From IMG/VR virus record IMGVR_UViG_3300029516_000012: a stretch of 40,916 bases of DNA; one strand, 5' to 3'. A program made the translations under genes and the position numbers. This document shows positions 23,856 to 31,320 of this stretch, one piece after another; positions within the stretch are counted from its first letter, which is position 1, and each line of letters opens with the position of its first letter. This stretch comes from a virus. The notes beneath the pieces were generated by a model. The model did not search any database and was not told the DNA's origin. It saw only the letters and a list, made by a program, of their open reading frames with translations.

Positions 23856-25224
23856 GTACATAGCGGTCATCACCAGGGCGGACATCACCCGCGCCGCCCT
23901 GGTGGAGGCCGGGGGGCGGTCTATGGAGCAGGTCAAGGCCGCCTGCGGGTGCCAATATATCCTAAACGCCTGGTTTTATGACACAATCACCGGGAGGCCC
24001 GTCGGCAACCTCAAGATTGATGGCACGGTCAAGGCGGACGCCGGATGGAACTGCCAGGGCCTCACCTGGGACGCGGGCGAGGACATCCGCATGGATCTGA
24101 TCCCGGATCGAGGCAGAGCATCCTATATCAGCGGCGTGGAGTTGCTGACGCCCACCAGGGGACCAGGTAAGGCCCTCAGCTACTCCCCGGAGTACGGGGG
24201 CACACGGGGGCGCTCCGCCGTCCTGCTGGCCGGGGCGCGGGTGATCCTGTACTGCTCCGGCGACGGCACGGCAGACGCCAAGACACCGGAAGGGCTGCGA
24301 GACGAGCTGGTGAGCATCGGCTGCCGGTACGACCAGGCGGCCAACCTGCGGGCCCTGGGCCTCGACGCGGGCAGCTCCTCTAACTGCGACTTTGGGGACG
24401 GCCAGCGTATCAGCAACGGTAAGCGGGTCAAGGGTTATCTGTGTATCTGGACAAAACAGGACGGCCAGGAGCCGCCGGAACAGGAGGACAAGCCTATGAG
24501 CAAGCACACTGTATGCCTAGACCCTGGGCACGGTCCGGGCAACGTCAACGGCTCCCCGGATGGCACCTACAAAGAATGGGAGTTTACGTGGGATATGGCC
24601 CAACGCATCAAGCCATTGCTGGAGGCCCAGGGGGTGGGCGTGGTGCTCACCAAGACGGCGGACAATTACCCCAGCCTGACTGAGCGGGCCAACATCAGCA
24701 ATAAGGCGCAGCCGGATTGCTTTGTGAGCATCCACACCAACGCGGCCGGGGAGGGAGGCTGGTCAAGCGCGTCCGGGCTGGAGATCTACACCAGCGCCGG
24801 GCCCATGACGGCCCAGCGCAATGTGCTGGCCTCCAAGCTGGTCAACGCCTTCCACGCCGCCGGGGTGTCCCTGCGGAGTAAACCTATCAAGCACAAGCTG
24901 TATACTGTGCTTGCCAAGACCGACGCCCCCGCCGCGCTCATTGAGTATGGCTTCCATACCAACAAGATGGACACGGAGTATCTCAAGGATAGCAAGTACC
25001 GGGACAAGCTGGCCGAGGCCACCGCAAAGGGTATCTGTGAGTTCCTGGGCGTAGCGTGGCAAGGCGAAACGGGAGAGGACAATGCGGAGGACACCCCGGA
25101 CATTTGGGCCGCTGATGCGTGGCAGAAGGCCAAGGACAAGGGCGTGCTGGATGGCACCCGGCCCCGCGATAATATGACCCGGCAGGAGCTGGCCGTCGTG
25201 CTGGACAGGCTTAATCTGATTTGA
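23848..25224 (+). CDS. Endolysin: N-acetylmuramoyl-L-alanine amidase (Amidase_3) with an extra N-terminal domain and a C-terminal SLH-like repeat
   Basis: The central text HTVCLDPGHGPGNVNG...FVSIHTNAAGEGGWSSASGLEIY is Amidase_3-like. The C-terminal DIWAADAWQKAKDKGVLDGTRPRDNMTRQELAVVLDRL is SLH-like. The roughly 220-aa N-terminal domain (ILNAWFYD...GRPVGNLKIDG) may be a second enzymatic domain. Confidence 0.85.
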   Translation: MSKYIAVITRADITRAALVEAGGRSMEQVKAACGCQYILNAWFYDTITGRPVGNLKIDGTVKADAGWNCQGLTWDAGEDIRMDLIPDRGRASYISGVELLTPTRGPGKALSYSPEYGGTRGRSAVLLAGARVILYCSGDGTADAKTPEGLRDELVSIGCRYDQAANLRALGLDAGSSSNCDFGDGQRISNGKRVKGYLCIWTKQDGQEPPEQEDKPMSKHTVCLDPGHGPGNVNGSPDGTYKEWEFTWDMAQRIKPLLEAQGVGVVLTKTADNYPSLTERANISNKAQPDCFVSIHTNAAGEGGWSSASGLEIYTSAGPMTAQRNVLASKLVNAFHAAGVSLRSKPIKHKLYTVLAKTDAPAALIEYGFHTNKMDTEYLKDSKYRDKLAEATAKGICEFLGVAWQGETGEDNAEDTPDIWAADAWQKAKDKGVLDGTRPRDNMTRQELAVVLDRLNLI

Positions 25225-25238
25225 TGGAGGTACATATC

Positions 25239-25511
25239 ATGGACATTTCTTCTTTGGGCATCACCGGAGTGGCGGTTATCACTGTGATCTGCTTCCTGGT
25301 CGGGCAGTTGGTCAAGGCCACCGGCCTGGACAACAAGTGGATTCCCATCATCTGCGGTGCGTTTGGCGCGGCGCTTGGCATCCTCGGCATGTTTATCATG
25401 CCAGAGTTTCCAGCCTCGGACTATTTGACCGCCGCCGCCGTTGGCATCGTCTCCGGCCTTGCGGCCACTGGTATCAATCAGGTCTATAAGCAGTTGACTA
25501 AGGAGGGCTGA
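25239..25511 (+). CDS. Holin
   Basis: ATG at 25239 sits 8 nt after GGAGG. The 90-aa protein has hydrophobic segments (GITGVAVITVICFLVG; IPIICGAFGAALGILGMFI; AAAVGIVSGLAATG) and follows the endolysin. Confidence 0.75.
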   Translation: MDISSLGITGVAVITVICFLVGQLVKATGLDNKWIPIICGAFGAALGILGMFIMPEFPASDYLTAAAVGIVSGLAATGINQVYKQLTKEG

Positions 25512-25846
25512 TGCCCATGGAGTGGGTAGGCCCACTGATTTCCGGGGCTGCCGTGGTTCTGGTGGCGATCATCGAGGCTGCGGCGGCCCGAGAGCGGAAG
25601 CGCATCAAATCTGACAACCAGAAGAGCGATGCCCTTATGAATGGGGTACAGGCTCTGCTAAGACGTGAAATCATTGCCGAGTACAACCATTATACTGAGC
25701 AAGGACATATCCCGATCTATGGTATAGAAAACGTGCTGGATATGTATAACGCATATAAGGCATTGGGCGGAAATGGCATGGCGACGAAGCTGGTAGAGGC
25801 CTTGAAGCAACTGCCCACAGAACCGCCGGAGGGCGAAAGGACGTGA
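25511..25846 (+). CDS. Membrane-anchored protein of the lysis cassette (BhlA-like topology)
   Basis: N-terminal transmembrane segment WVGPLISGAAVVLVAIIEAAAA followed by a charged helix. Translationally coupled to the holin gene. Confidence 0.55.
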   Translation: MPMEWVGPLISGAAVVLVAIIEAAAARERKRIKSDNQKSDALMNGVQALLRREIIAEYNHYTEQGHIPIYGIENVLDMYNAYKALGGNGMATKLVEALKQLPTEPPEGERT

Positions 25847-25850
25847 CTGA

Positions 25851-26102
25851 ATGAGCGCAAGGGCGAAGTTACCGGATCCGCTGGATAAGCTCTTGCGCTC
25901 TGAGCTGGAAACGGCCATCAAAGAGGCCTCGTTGTATCGAGACGATGAGTTGATAGCCCGCCGGTACATTATCGAAAAATGGCCGCAGATGGATATTGCG
26001 GCAGAGCTTGGATGGCGTAGGGCAACGGTAGGCGACCACATCAAGAACATCTTGCCCCGCGTGTCCGACGTTGCAACCAAGCTATACACAATCCGTACAT
26101 AA
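25851..26102 (+). CDS. Small sigma-70 region-4-like HTH protein
   Basis: 83 aa. DDELIARRYIIEKWPQMDIAAELGWRRATVGDHIKNI resembles a sigma region 4 / LuxR-type HTH. Confidence 0.45.
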   Translation: MSARAKLPDPLDKLLRSELETAIKEASLYRDDELIARRYIIEKWPQMDIAAELGWRRATVGDHIKNILPRVSDVATKLYTIRT

Positions 26103-26111
26103 GACGTACAT

Positions 26112-26150
26112 AACCCCGACTGGAACCGAACCCAGCCGGGGTTATTTTAT
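26112..26150 (+). terminator. Rho-independent terminator closing the late/lysis operon
   Basis: AACCCCGACTGG-N8-CCAGCCGGGGTT (one mismatch) followed by ATTTTAT. Confidence 0.7.
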
Positions 26151-26166
26151 GCGACAATATAGACAT

Positions 26167-26227
26167 GGAGGACGTGAGGATACAGGGTTGGTACACGTCG
26201 CCGCCCTCCTCACGGACTCCTTATTTT
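26167..26227 (+). promoter_or_regulatory. Second terminator/attenuator-like hairpin upstream of the cargo cassette
   Basis: GGAG-GA-CGTGAGGA (26167-26180) pairs with TCCTCACG-GA-CTCC (26207-26220) across a tandem GA/GA internal loop. It is followed by TTATTTTAT, the same tail as the terminator at 26144. Confidence 0.4.
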
Positions 26228-26395
26228 ATGGACAAGGACGTGTTGGATATGACTCTAATCGAGAGGATGGTAGCCGCTGGCATGTCCCGCGATTGTGCCG
26301 CCGAAACAGCGATGTGGTACATGGCACAGGGAGATGACGATGGACTGGAGGACTATGTGATCGCGCTGGAGACAAGCCATGTGGAGAAACCATAA
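26228..26395 (+). CDS. Small hypothetical protein (start uncertain: 26228 or 26249)
   Basis: Track ORF 26165-26395, but its first 20 codons overlap the hairpin. The C-terminal text is MTLIERMVAAGMSRDCAAETAMWYMAQGDDDGLEDYVIALE. Confidence 0.35.
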   Translation: MDKDVLDMTLIERMVAAGMSRDCAAETAMWYMAQGDDDGLEDYVIALETSHVEKP

Positions 26396-26756
26396 CGAGA
26401 ACCCGGACGGGCGCAACGTGGGAGATTGTACTGTGCGGGCCATCTCCACGGCCCTGGGGCAGGATTGGGAGACGACCTATGCCGGGCTGGCCCTGCAAGG
26501 CTACCTGATGGGTGATATGCCGTCAGCCAACCACGTGTGGGGGGCCTACCTGCGCAGCCGCGGATTTGACCGGGACATGATACCCAACTCCTGCCCAGAC
26601 TGCTACACGGTGGCCGACTTTTCCGCAGAGCACCCCCATGGGACCTATATCTTGGCCCTGTCCGGCCATGTGGTGTGCGTGCAAAACGGAGACTGGATTG
26701 ACACCTGGGACTCCGGCGGGGAGATACCACTCTACTACTGGCACAAGGAGGGATAA
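26379..26756 (+). CDS. Hypothetical protein with a papain/transglutaminase-like Cys...His...Asp arrangement
   Basis: 125 aa. NVGDCTVRAIS (Cys17), LSGHVVCV (His97), IDTWDSG (Asp110). This is a pattern reading only; no family was confirmed. Confidence 0.55.
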   Translation: MWRNHNENPDGRNVGDCTVRAISTALGQDWETTYAGLALQGYLMGDMPSANHVWGAYLRSRGFDRDMIPNSCPDCYTVADFSAEHPHGTYILALSGHVVCVQNGDWIDTWDSGGEIPLYYWHKEG

Positions 26757-26759
26757 GCG

Positions 26760-27212
26760 ATGCCATATCAATATGTGCCCGGCTATCAGCCGTACCCTTA
26801 CCAGCCGCCCATGCCGGATCAGCTTGCGCAGCTCCGTGGGGCGCAGTATCAGCCCATGCCGCAGCAGATGCCGCAGGCACAGCCACAGCAGGCGCAGGCC
26901 GGCGGACAGAGCATGGTGTGGGTGAGCGGTGAGGCGGAGGCGATGGCTTATCTGGTGGCCCCCAACAGCGCCGTGGCGCTTTGGGACAGCAACTCGCCCA
27001 CCATCTATCTCAAGCAGGCGGATGCCTCGGGCAAACCGTCCATCAAGGTATATGACCTCGTAGAGCGCACCAGCGGAGCCAGAACAGCGCAAGCCCCCCA
27101 GGGTGTGGAGTTTGCCACAAAGGCCGATTTGGAGGCTCTTGCAGCCCGTGTGGATGCGCTGGCGGCCCCGAAAACAACTGCGAAGAAAAACGCGAAGGAG
27201 GATGCGGAATGA
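26760..27212 (+). CDS. Gln/Pro/Tyr-rich protein with a globular C-terminal half
   Basis: 150 aa. 15 Gln and 11 Pro in the first 50 residues (MPYQYVPGYQPYPYQPPMPDQ...), then MVWVSGEAEAMAYLVAPNSAVALWDSNSPTIYLKQADASGKPSIKVYDL. Confidence 0.6.
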   Translation: MPYQYVPGYQPYPYQPPMPDQLAQLRGAQYQPMPQQMPQAQPQQAQAGGQSMVWVSGEAEAMAYLVAPNSAVALWDSNSPTIYLKQADASGKPSIKVYDLVERTSGARTAQAPQGVEFATKADLEALAARVDALAAPKTTAKKNAKEDAE

Positions 27213-27430
27213 ATCCCTTTTTCGGAGTCATGGGCGGCGGTGGCCGTCCCAACATGATGCAGCAGTTTCAACAGTTTATGCAGCAAATGAAGGGCAAAGA
27301 CCCCAATGCTATCATCAATGAAATGGTCTCAAGCGGAAAAATCTCGCAGGAACAATTAAACCACGTCCAACAGCAGGCCCAGCAGATGTCTGGCATGTTT
27401 GACGGGATGCGGGGAATGTTCGGCAAGTGA
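27209..27430 (+). CDS. Small Gln/Met/Gly-rich protein
   Basis: 73 aa. MNPFFGVMGGGGRPNMMQQFQQFMQQMKGKDPN...QQQAQQMSGMFDGMRGMFGK. The ATG overlaps the upstream stop. Confidence 0.5.
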   Translation: MNPFFGVMGGGGRPNMMQQFQQFMQQMKGKDPNAIINEMVSSGKISQEQLNHVQQQAQQMSGMFDGMRGMFGK

Positions 27431-27477
27431 TCAAAATCCCGGCCGGGTTTTGAAAATAAAAATAAAGGAGAATTTAC

Positions 27478-28206
27478 ATGAGTCTTTCTTCTGACGGCGG
27501 CACCGTTATGACGATGCCGGTTCAGCCTGCCTATCAGGGCGGCAACGGCGGTTTTGGATGGGGCGGGGACTGGTCCAGTTGGATCATCCTGTTCCTCATC
27601 TTCGGCCTGTTTGGCGGTTGGGGCGGCTATGGCGGCTTCGGCGGTGGAAACGGCGTGAACGGCCCCGGCTTCCAGGGGTACGCTACCCGCGCTGATATCA
27701 ACGAGGGCTTTGCCCTGAACGGCCTCCAGAACGGCCAGGCCTCCATCCGGGACGCCGTGACCAGCGGATTCCACGGTGTGGATACCGCTGTGTGTAACCT
27801 TGGCTATCAGACCCAGGCGGGCTTCAATGCCCTTGGCGCTCAGTTGGCCTCCTGCTGCTGCGACACCCGGGAGGCGATTCAGGGTGTGCGGTACGACCTC
27901 GCCACCACCGCCTGCGCTACGCAAAACACCATCCAGAATACCACTCGGGACATCATCGACAACGCCAACGCCAACAGCCGGGCGATTTTGGATTTCCTGA
28001 CTCAGGACAAGATCGCTACTTTGACTGCTGAGAACCAGAGCCTGAAGTTCCAGGCTTCTCAGGCGGCCCAGAATGCTTTTATTACCGCGAACCAGGAAGC
28101 CCAGACCGCCGAGTTGATCCGCCGCATCAACCCCATGCCTGTGCCGGCCTATCAGGTCCCCAATCCCTACGCCGGCTGCGGGTGCTATAATACCTGTGGA
28201 TGCTAA
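27478..28206 (+). CDS. Gly/Trp-rich membrane protein with Cys clusters
   Basis: 242 aa. ATG follows AAAGGAGA. It has one hydrophobic segment WSSWIILFLIFGLFGGWGGYGGFGGG, a CCC triplet (LASCCCDTRE), and ends AGCGCYNTCGC with 4 Cys in the last 10 residues. Confidence 0.6.
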   Translation: MSLSSDGGTVMTMPVQPAYQGGNGGFGWGGDWSSWIILFLIFGLFGGWGGYGGFGGGNGVNGPGFQGYATRADINEGFALNGLQNGQASIRDAVTSGFHGVDTAVCNLGYQTQAGFNALGAQLASCCCDTREAIQGVRYDLATTACATQNTIQNTTRDIIDNANANSRAILDFLTQDKIATLTAENQSLKFQASQAAQNAFITANQEAQTAELIRRINPMPVPAYQVPNPYAGCGCYNTCGC

Positions 28207-28269
28207 AACCCAATACATCAACTTCCGAGGATTCCTTGGATGTTCGGCCCCGTGCCGATTTTGAACCAT

Positions 28270-28300
28270 GCGGCGGGGCAATAGCCTCGCCGCTTATTTT
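28270..28300 (+). terminator. Rho-independent terminator inside the cargo cassette
   Basis: A 10-bp stem GCGGCGGGGC-AATA-GCCTCGCCGC, with one G-T wobble valid only in + sense, followed by TTATTTT. Confidence 0.75.
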
Positions 28301-28340
28301 AACCTGGTCGATTTCGACCACTTTAGAAAGGAATGATTTT

Positions 28341-28763
28341 ATGGCTGAATTTACTGGCGTATTTGTTCAGCAGGTGGCCGCCGGGCAGAATGTGTCCTTT
28401 ACTGAGACGCCTGTCAGTGGCTCTAACTGCATTGTCCACCGGGATGGCGCTGGGATTGTCACCCTCCGGGGGCAGACCAACCAGTGCCGCGCCCGCTACA
28501 AGGTCGTGTTTGGCGGAAATATTGCGATTCCCACCGGCGGGGCAGTTGGCCCGATTTCCCTGGCGATCGCCGTTGAAGGGGAGCCACTGGGCAGCGCTAC
28601 CGCCACGGTGACCCCCGCCGCAGTAGGCGATTTCTTTAATGTATTCGCTGCGGTATTTGTTGAGGTTCCGCGCGGCTGCTGCGTGACGGTGGCAGTACGC
28701 AACATCAGCACAGAAACGATTGAGGTCAGCAACGCGAACCTCATTGTTGAGCGCGTAGCCTGA
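28341..28763 (+). CDS. Hypothetical all-beta protein (C1q/TNF- or BclA-C-terminal-domain-like pattern; unverified)
   Basis: 140 aa. The ATG at 28341 lies within track ORF 28200-28763. Alternating hydrophobic beta-strand text: IVTLRGQTNQCRARYKVVFGGNIAIP...ISLAIAVEGEPLG...CCVTVAVRNISTETIEVSNANLIVERV. Confidence 0.55.
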   Translation: MAEFTGVFVQQVAAGQNVSFTETPVSGSNCIVHRDGAGIVTLRGQTNQCRARYKVVFGGNIAIPTGGAVGPISLAIAVEGEPLGSATATVTPAAVGDFFNVFAAVFVEVPRGCCVTVAVRNISTETIEVSNANLIVERVA

Positions 28764-28777
28764 AAGGAGAGGATACT

Positions 28778-29179
28778 ATGAAAGCACTATACGAGCTGAA
28801 AGAAAAATTCGAGATGGAGCTGGAAGAGCTGGCCCGGAAGGGTGAACTGGGTGCGGGCGACCTGGAGCTGGCCCACAAGCTCACTGACACCATTAAGAAT
28901 ATCGACAAAATCTGTGCACTGGAGGATGACGACGGCTATAGCCGGGCCGGCGATTGGGAGGCCGATATGCGCGGTACTTATGGCCGCGGCTCCAGCTACC
29001 GTGGACGCAAGCGGGACTCTATGGGACGGTATAGCCGGGATGGCCGCATGGACGGTTATAGCCACCACAACGCCAGAGAGTCTATGATGGAGCTGGCCCG
29101 CGAAATGATGGAGAACACATCCAGCGAGAGAGAGCGCGAAGCCATCCGCCGGTTTATGACTGAACTGGAACGGGATTGA
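28778..29179 (+). CDS. Hypothetical protein with helical ends and an Arg/Gly/Tyr/Ser-rich core
   Basis: 133 aa. The central text is YSRAGDWEADMRGTYGRGSSYRGRKRDSMGRYSRDGRMDGYSHH. Confidence 0.6.
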   Translation: MKALYELKEKFEMELEELARKGELGAGDLELAHKLTDTIKNIDKICALEDDDGYSRAGDWEADMRGTYGRGSSYRGRKRDSMGRYSRDGRMDGYSHHNARESMMELAREMMENTSSEREREAIRRFMTELERD

Positions 29180-29185
29180 TAGGGG

Positions 29186-29533
29186 GTGACCCCTTTGCTT
29201 GACCGCAAGGAGATAGATATTGAGATTGCCCGACTGGAATATGGGGAGAGCAGTTACCCGGCCTACGCTAAGCTTGCTAACCTGTATACCATTCGGGATC
29301 GGATGGACAGGGAGGTGCATCCAGCACCATACGAGGTATCCTACTCCGCTGCTCCGGCAGCCCTCGAGGATTCCTCGGTAGTTGGGGAATATGGAGACAG
29401 TGATTTCCTGCGGGCTGTCTCCGGTGTTGACCAGCACGACGCCTGGGCCATCATGGATGACCTGATGGACACGTTGCACACCGTCAATCCTCGCGTGTAC
29501 GAGGGTGTAATGCGCAAAATACGGGCACTATAA
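29186..29533 (+). CDS. Hypothetical protein (start GTG 29186 or TTG 29195)
   Basis: 115-aa ORF, the last gene before a strong terminator. The text reads ...GDSDFLRAVSGVDQHDAWAIMDDLMDTLHTVNPRVYEGVMRKI. Confidence 0.55.
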   Translation: MTPLLDRKEIDIEIARLEYGESSYPAYAKLANLYTIRDRMDREVHPAPYEVSYSAAPAALEDSSVVGEYGDSDFLRAVSGVDQHDAWAIMDDLMDTLHTVNPRVYEGVMRKIRAL

Positions 29534-29534
29534 A

Positions 29535-29570
29535 TCTAGGCCCCCAAAAGAAGGGGGCCTAGACTTTTTT
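29535..29570 (+). terminator. Strong rho-independent terminator ending the cargo cassette
   Basis: An 11-bp perfect stem TCTAGGCCCCC-AAAAGAA-GGGGGCCTAGA followed by CTTTTTT. Confidence 0.85.
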
Positions 29571-29653
29571 GCCAACTCGAAAAGACCTCAAAGGCGGCTC
29601 TTTGATTATATACATTAAAATTCAGTTCAACGATATTTAAATGGTCGGAAAAT

Positions 29654-29673
29654 TTCCACCACCATTTCCACCG
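29654..29673. repeat. Direct repeat copy A (candidate integrase arm-type site)
   Basis: TTCCACCACCATTTCCACCG matches TTCCACCACTATTCCCACCA at 29890-29909 in 17 of 20 positions. The two copies flank the putative attP core. Confidence 0.35.
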
Positions 29674-29734
29674 CCTTATGTTCCGTAATATGCTGTTTTT
29701 TGCTTTTATGATTATATGTTAGAGAAAAATAAAA

Positions 29735-29772
29735 ATCCATGAAACCCTTGCGATATCAAGGATTCCATGGAT
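29735..29772. repeat. 16-bp imperfect inverted repeat in the attP region
   Basis: ATCCATGAAACCCTTG-CGATAT-CAAGGATTCCATGGAT (2 mismatches), followed by TTCTTCTTTC. Confidence 0.5.
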
Positions 29773-29801
29773 TTCTTCTTTCGCCCTACAACCGGGCGTT
29801 T

Positions 29802-29829
29802 TGGTGGAGACGACAGAACTCGAATCAGT
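29802..29829 (-). mobile_element. Putative attP core: a tRNA 3'-end-like segment
   Basis: The minus strand reads ACTGA-TTCGAGT-TCTGT-CGTCTCC-A-CCA, which parses as T-loop TTCGAGT, T-stem 3' strand, 7-nt acceptor 3' strand, discriminator and CCA. Only the 3' part of a tRNA is present, and it lies 44 bp from the integrase gene. Confidence 0.4.
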
Positions 29830-29872
29830 TTGTTTTTTAATCCTCTCGCCTTAGAGCCGCAATGTATATAGT

Positions 29873-30934
29873 TTAGCCAGTTTTTCGACTTCCACCACTA
29901 TTCCCACCAGTGCCATCTAAGAGCGCAATCCCGCTATGCAACACTGTTGCATCTGTATGTGTATAAATATTAGCCGTTGTTTGGATGTCCGAATGCCCCA
30001 TAAGTTCCTTTGCTACATTAAGCGGAACACCTGCACGTTGTAGATCTGTGCAAAAGGTATGCCTCAGGCAGTATGGGGTCAAATCCTTTGATACAGGGCC
30101 TAGCGTCCCCAGCTCCTTGCGGAAGCTTTTCCATGCCCTGCGCATGGCGCTCTCAGTTTGGATAACCCCATTTTGGTTCGGAAAAACCAGGGCGAACGGT
30201 TCGCCTTTTGCCTCCTTAAGCCGCCAGCCGAGATCACTATGGATGGGGATGTCCCGTATACCTGAACTTGTTTTCGGGCCTTTTACATCTCTGGAGCCGC
30301 TCTCTTTCGCTGTGTGGACGTGTATCTCGTTATGCTCGAAATCTACATCTGACCAAGTAAGGGCTGCCGTTTCTCCTGGTCTCATACCAGTATATAGTAA
30401 TGTGAGCACCCATAATCCGGCCCGATGGTGCTCAGCAACAGCCAAAATGGCCTTGCGCTCGTCCTCAGTGATAGAGCGTCTTTTCCCCTCGTGATAGGTG
30501 GGCAGCTCCAGTAGCTCGGCGGGATCGTATGGGATAAGGCGGGATTGCCTGGCCCTGCGGAACATCTCCTGCAACACCATGCGCAGTTTTTTTACATGGG
30601 ATGCAGAGCGCCCGGCCTGCCCGTTAAGGATGCGCTGGAGGTGCACGTCTTTAACATCCTTCAATTTCAAGTGACCAATAGCGGGCTTGATATAGTTATC
30701 GTACTTTTCATCGTACATTTTCAACGATTTAGCTGTGAGCCCTTTTGGCTCCTTGTAGAGCTCCAGCCATTGCTTATACCAGGCGTTGACAGTCATGGAG
30801 CCGCCTACGGTTTCCTCACCGCGCTTTGCGGCGGCCAGCTTGTCCGCTAGCTTTTGCAGTGCCTCCAGCTCCGTTTTCCCGGTAGCTTCATACTTTTTCC
30901 CATTGTAGCGAGCCGTTTTTCGGATGTAATCCAT
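29873..30934 (-). CDS. int: Tyrosine recombinase / phage integrase
   Basis: ATG at 30934 sits 8 nt after GGGAGG, inside track ORF 29873-30982. The C-terminal catalytic text is LRHTFCTDL ... LMGHSDIQTTANIYTH (HxxR ... Y), and the N-terminal text is SAM-like. Confidence 0.9.
   Translation of the reverse strand: MDYIRKTARYNGKKYEATGKTELEALQKLADKLAAAKRGEETVGGSMTVNAWYKQWLELYKEPKGLTAKSLKMYDEKYDNYIKPAIGHLKLKDVKDVHLQRILNGQAGRSASHVKKLRMVLQEMFRRARQSRLIPYDPAELLELPTYHEGKRRSITEDERKAILAVAEHHRAGLWVLTLLYTGMRPGETAALTWSDVDFEHNEIHVHTAKESGSRDVKGPKTSSGIRDIPIHSDLGWRLKEAKGEPFALVFPNQNGVIQTESAMRRAWKSFRKELGTLGPVSKDLTPYCLRHTFCTDLQRAGVPLNVAKELMGHSDIQTTANIYTHTDATVLHSGIALLDGTGGNSGGSRKTG
29890..29909. repeat. Direct repeat copy B (candidate arm-type site; overlaps the int 3' end)
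   Basis: See copy A at 29654-29673. Confidence 0.3.
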
Positions 30935-31003
30935 TGACTTTACCTCCCATTCTGGTAAAATAGAAGGGTGATATGGCGGCAAACCTTATCACCCCTATGT
31001 GAG

Positions 31004-31043
31004 CCGTCCCTGGTGTTCCAGCACCGGGGGCGGTGTTTTTATT
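31004..31043 (+). terminator. Plus-strand rho-independent terminator lying antisense between int and the upstream minus-strand gene
   Basis: CCGTCCCTGGTG-TTCCAG-CACCGGGGGCGG gives 12 bp with two G-T wobbles, which would be A-C mismatches on the minus strand. It is followed by TGTTTTTATT. Confidence 0.45.
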
Positions 31044-31320
31044 GCGCTTTTTTCAGCTCCTCAATTTCACGGGAGTGCTTTCTGGCGATAGCCTCTAACG
31101 TATCCAGCCGTCCGTCAATGATGTCCATATCGTCCTCGCTAGGCATCCGGCGTAGAATTTCCTCTTGACCTTCGGCCAGTAGATTGAATTTCGTCTGAAC
31201 CTCTGTATCAAGCAGAGTTTTTACGTCTTGCATGATATCGCGCCTTTGCTGCGCCATAAGCTGTGCGATTGCCTGCAAATCTTTTTCATCCAGCATGTAT
31301 AAAACCTCCTCGGTTGTCAT
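31039..31320 (-). CDS. Hypothetical coiled-coil protein
   Basis: 93-aa ORF in the lysogeny operon between the lipoprotein gene and int. Confidence 0.55.
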   Translation of the reverse strand: MTTEEVLYMLDEKDLQAIAQLMAQQRRDIMQDVKTLLDTEVQTKFNLLAEGQEEILRRMPSEDDMDIIDGRLDTLEAIARKHSREIEELKKAQ

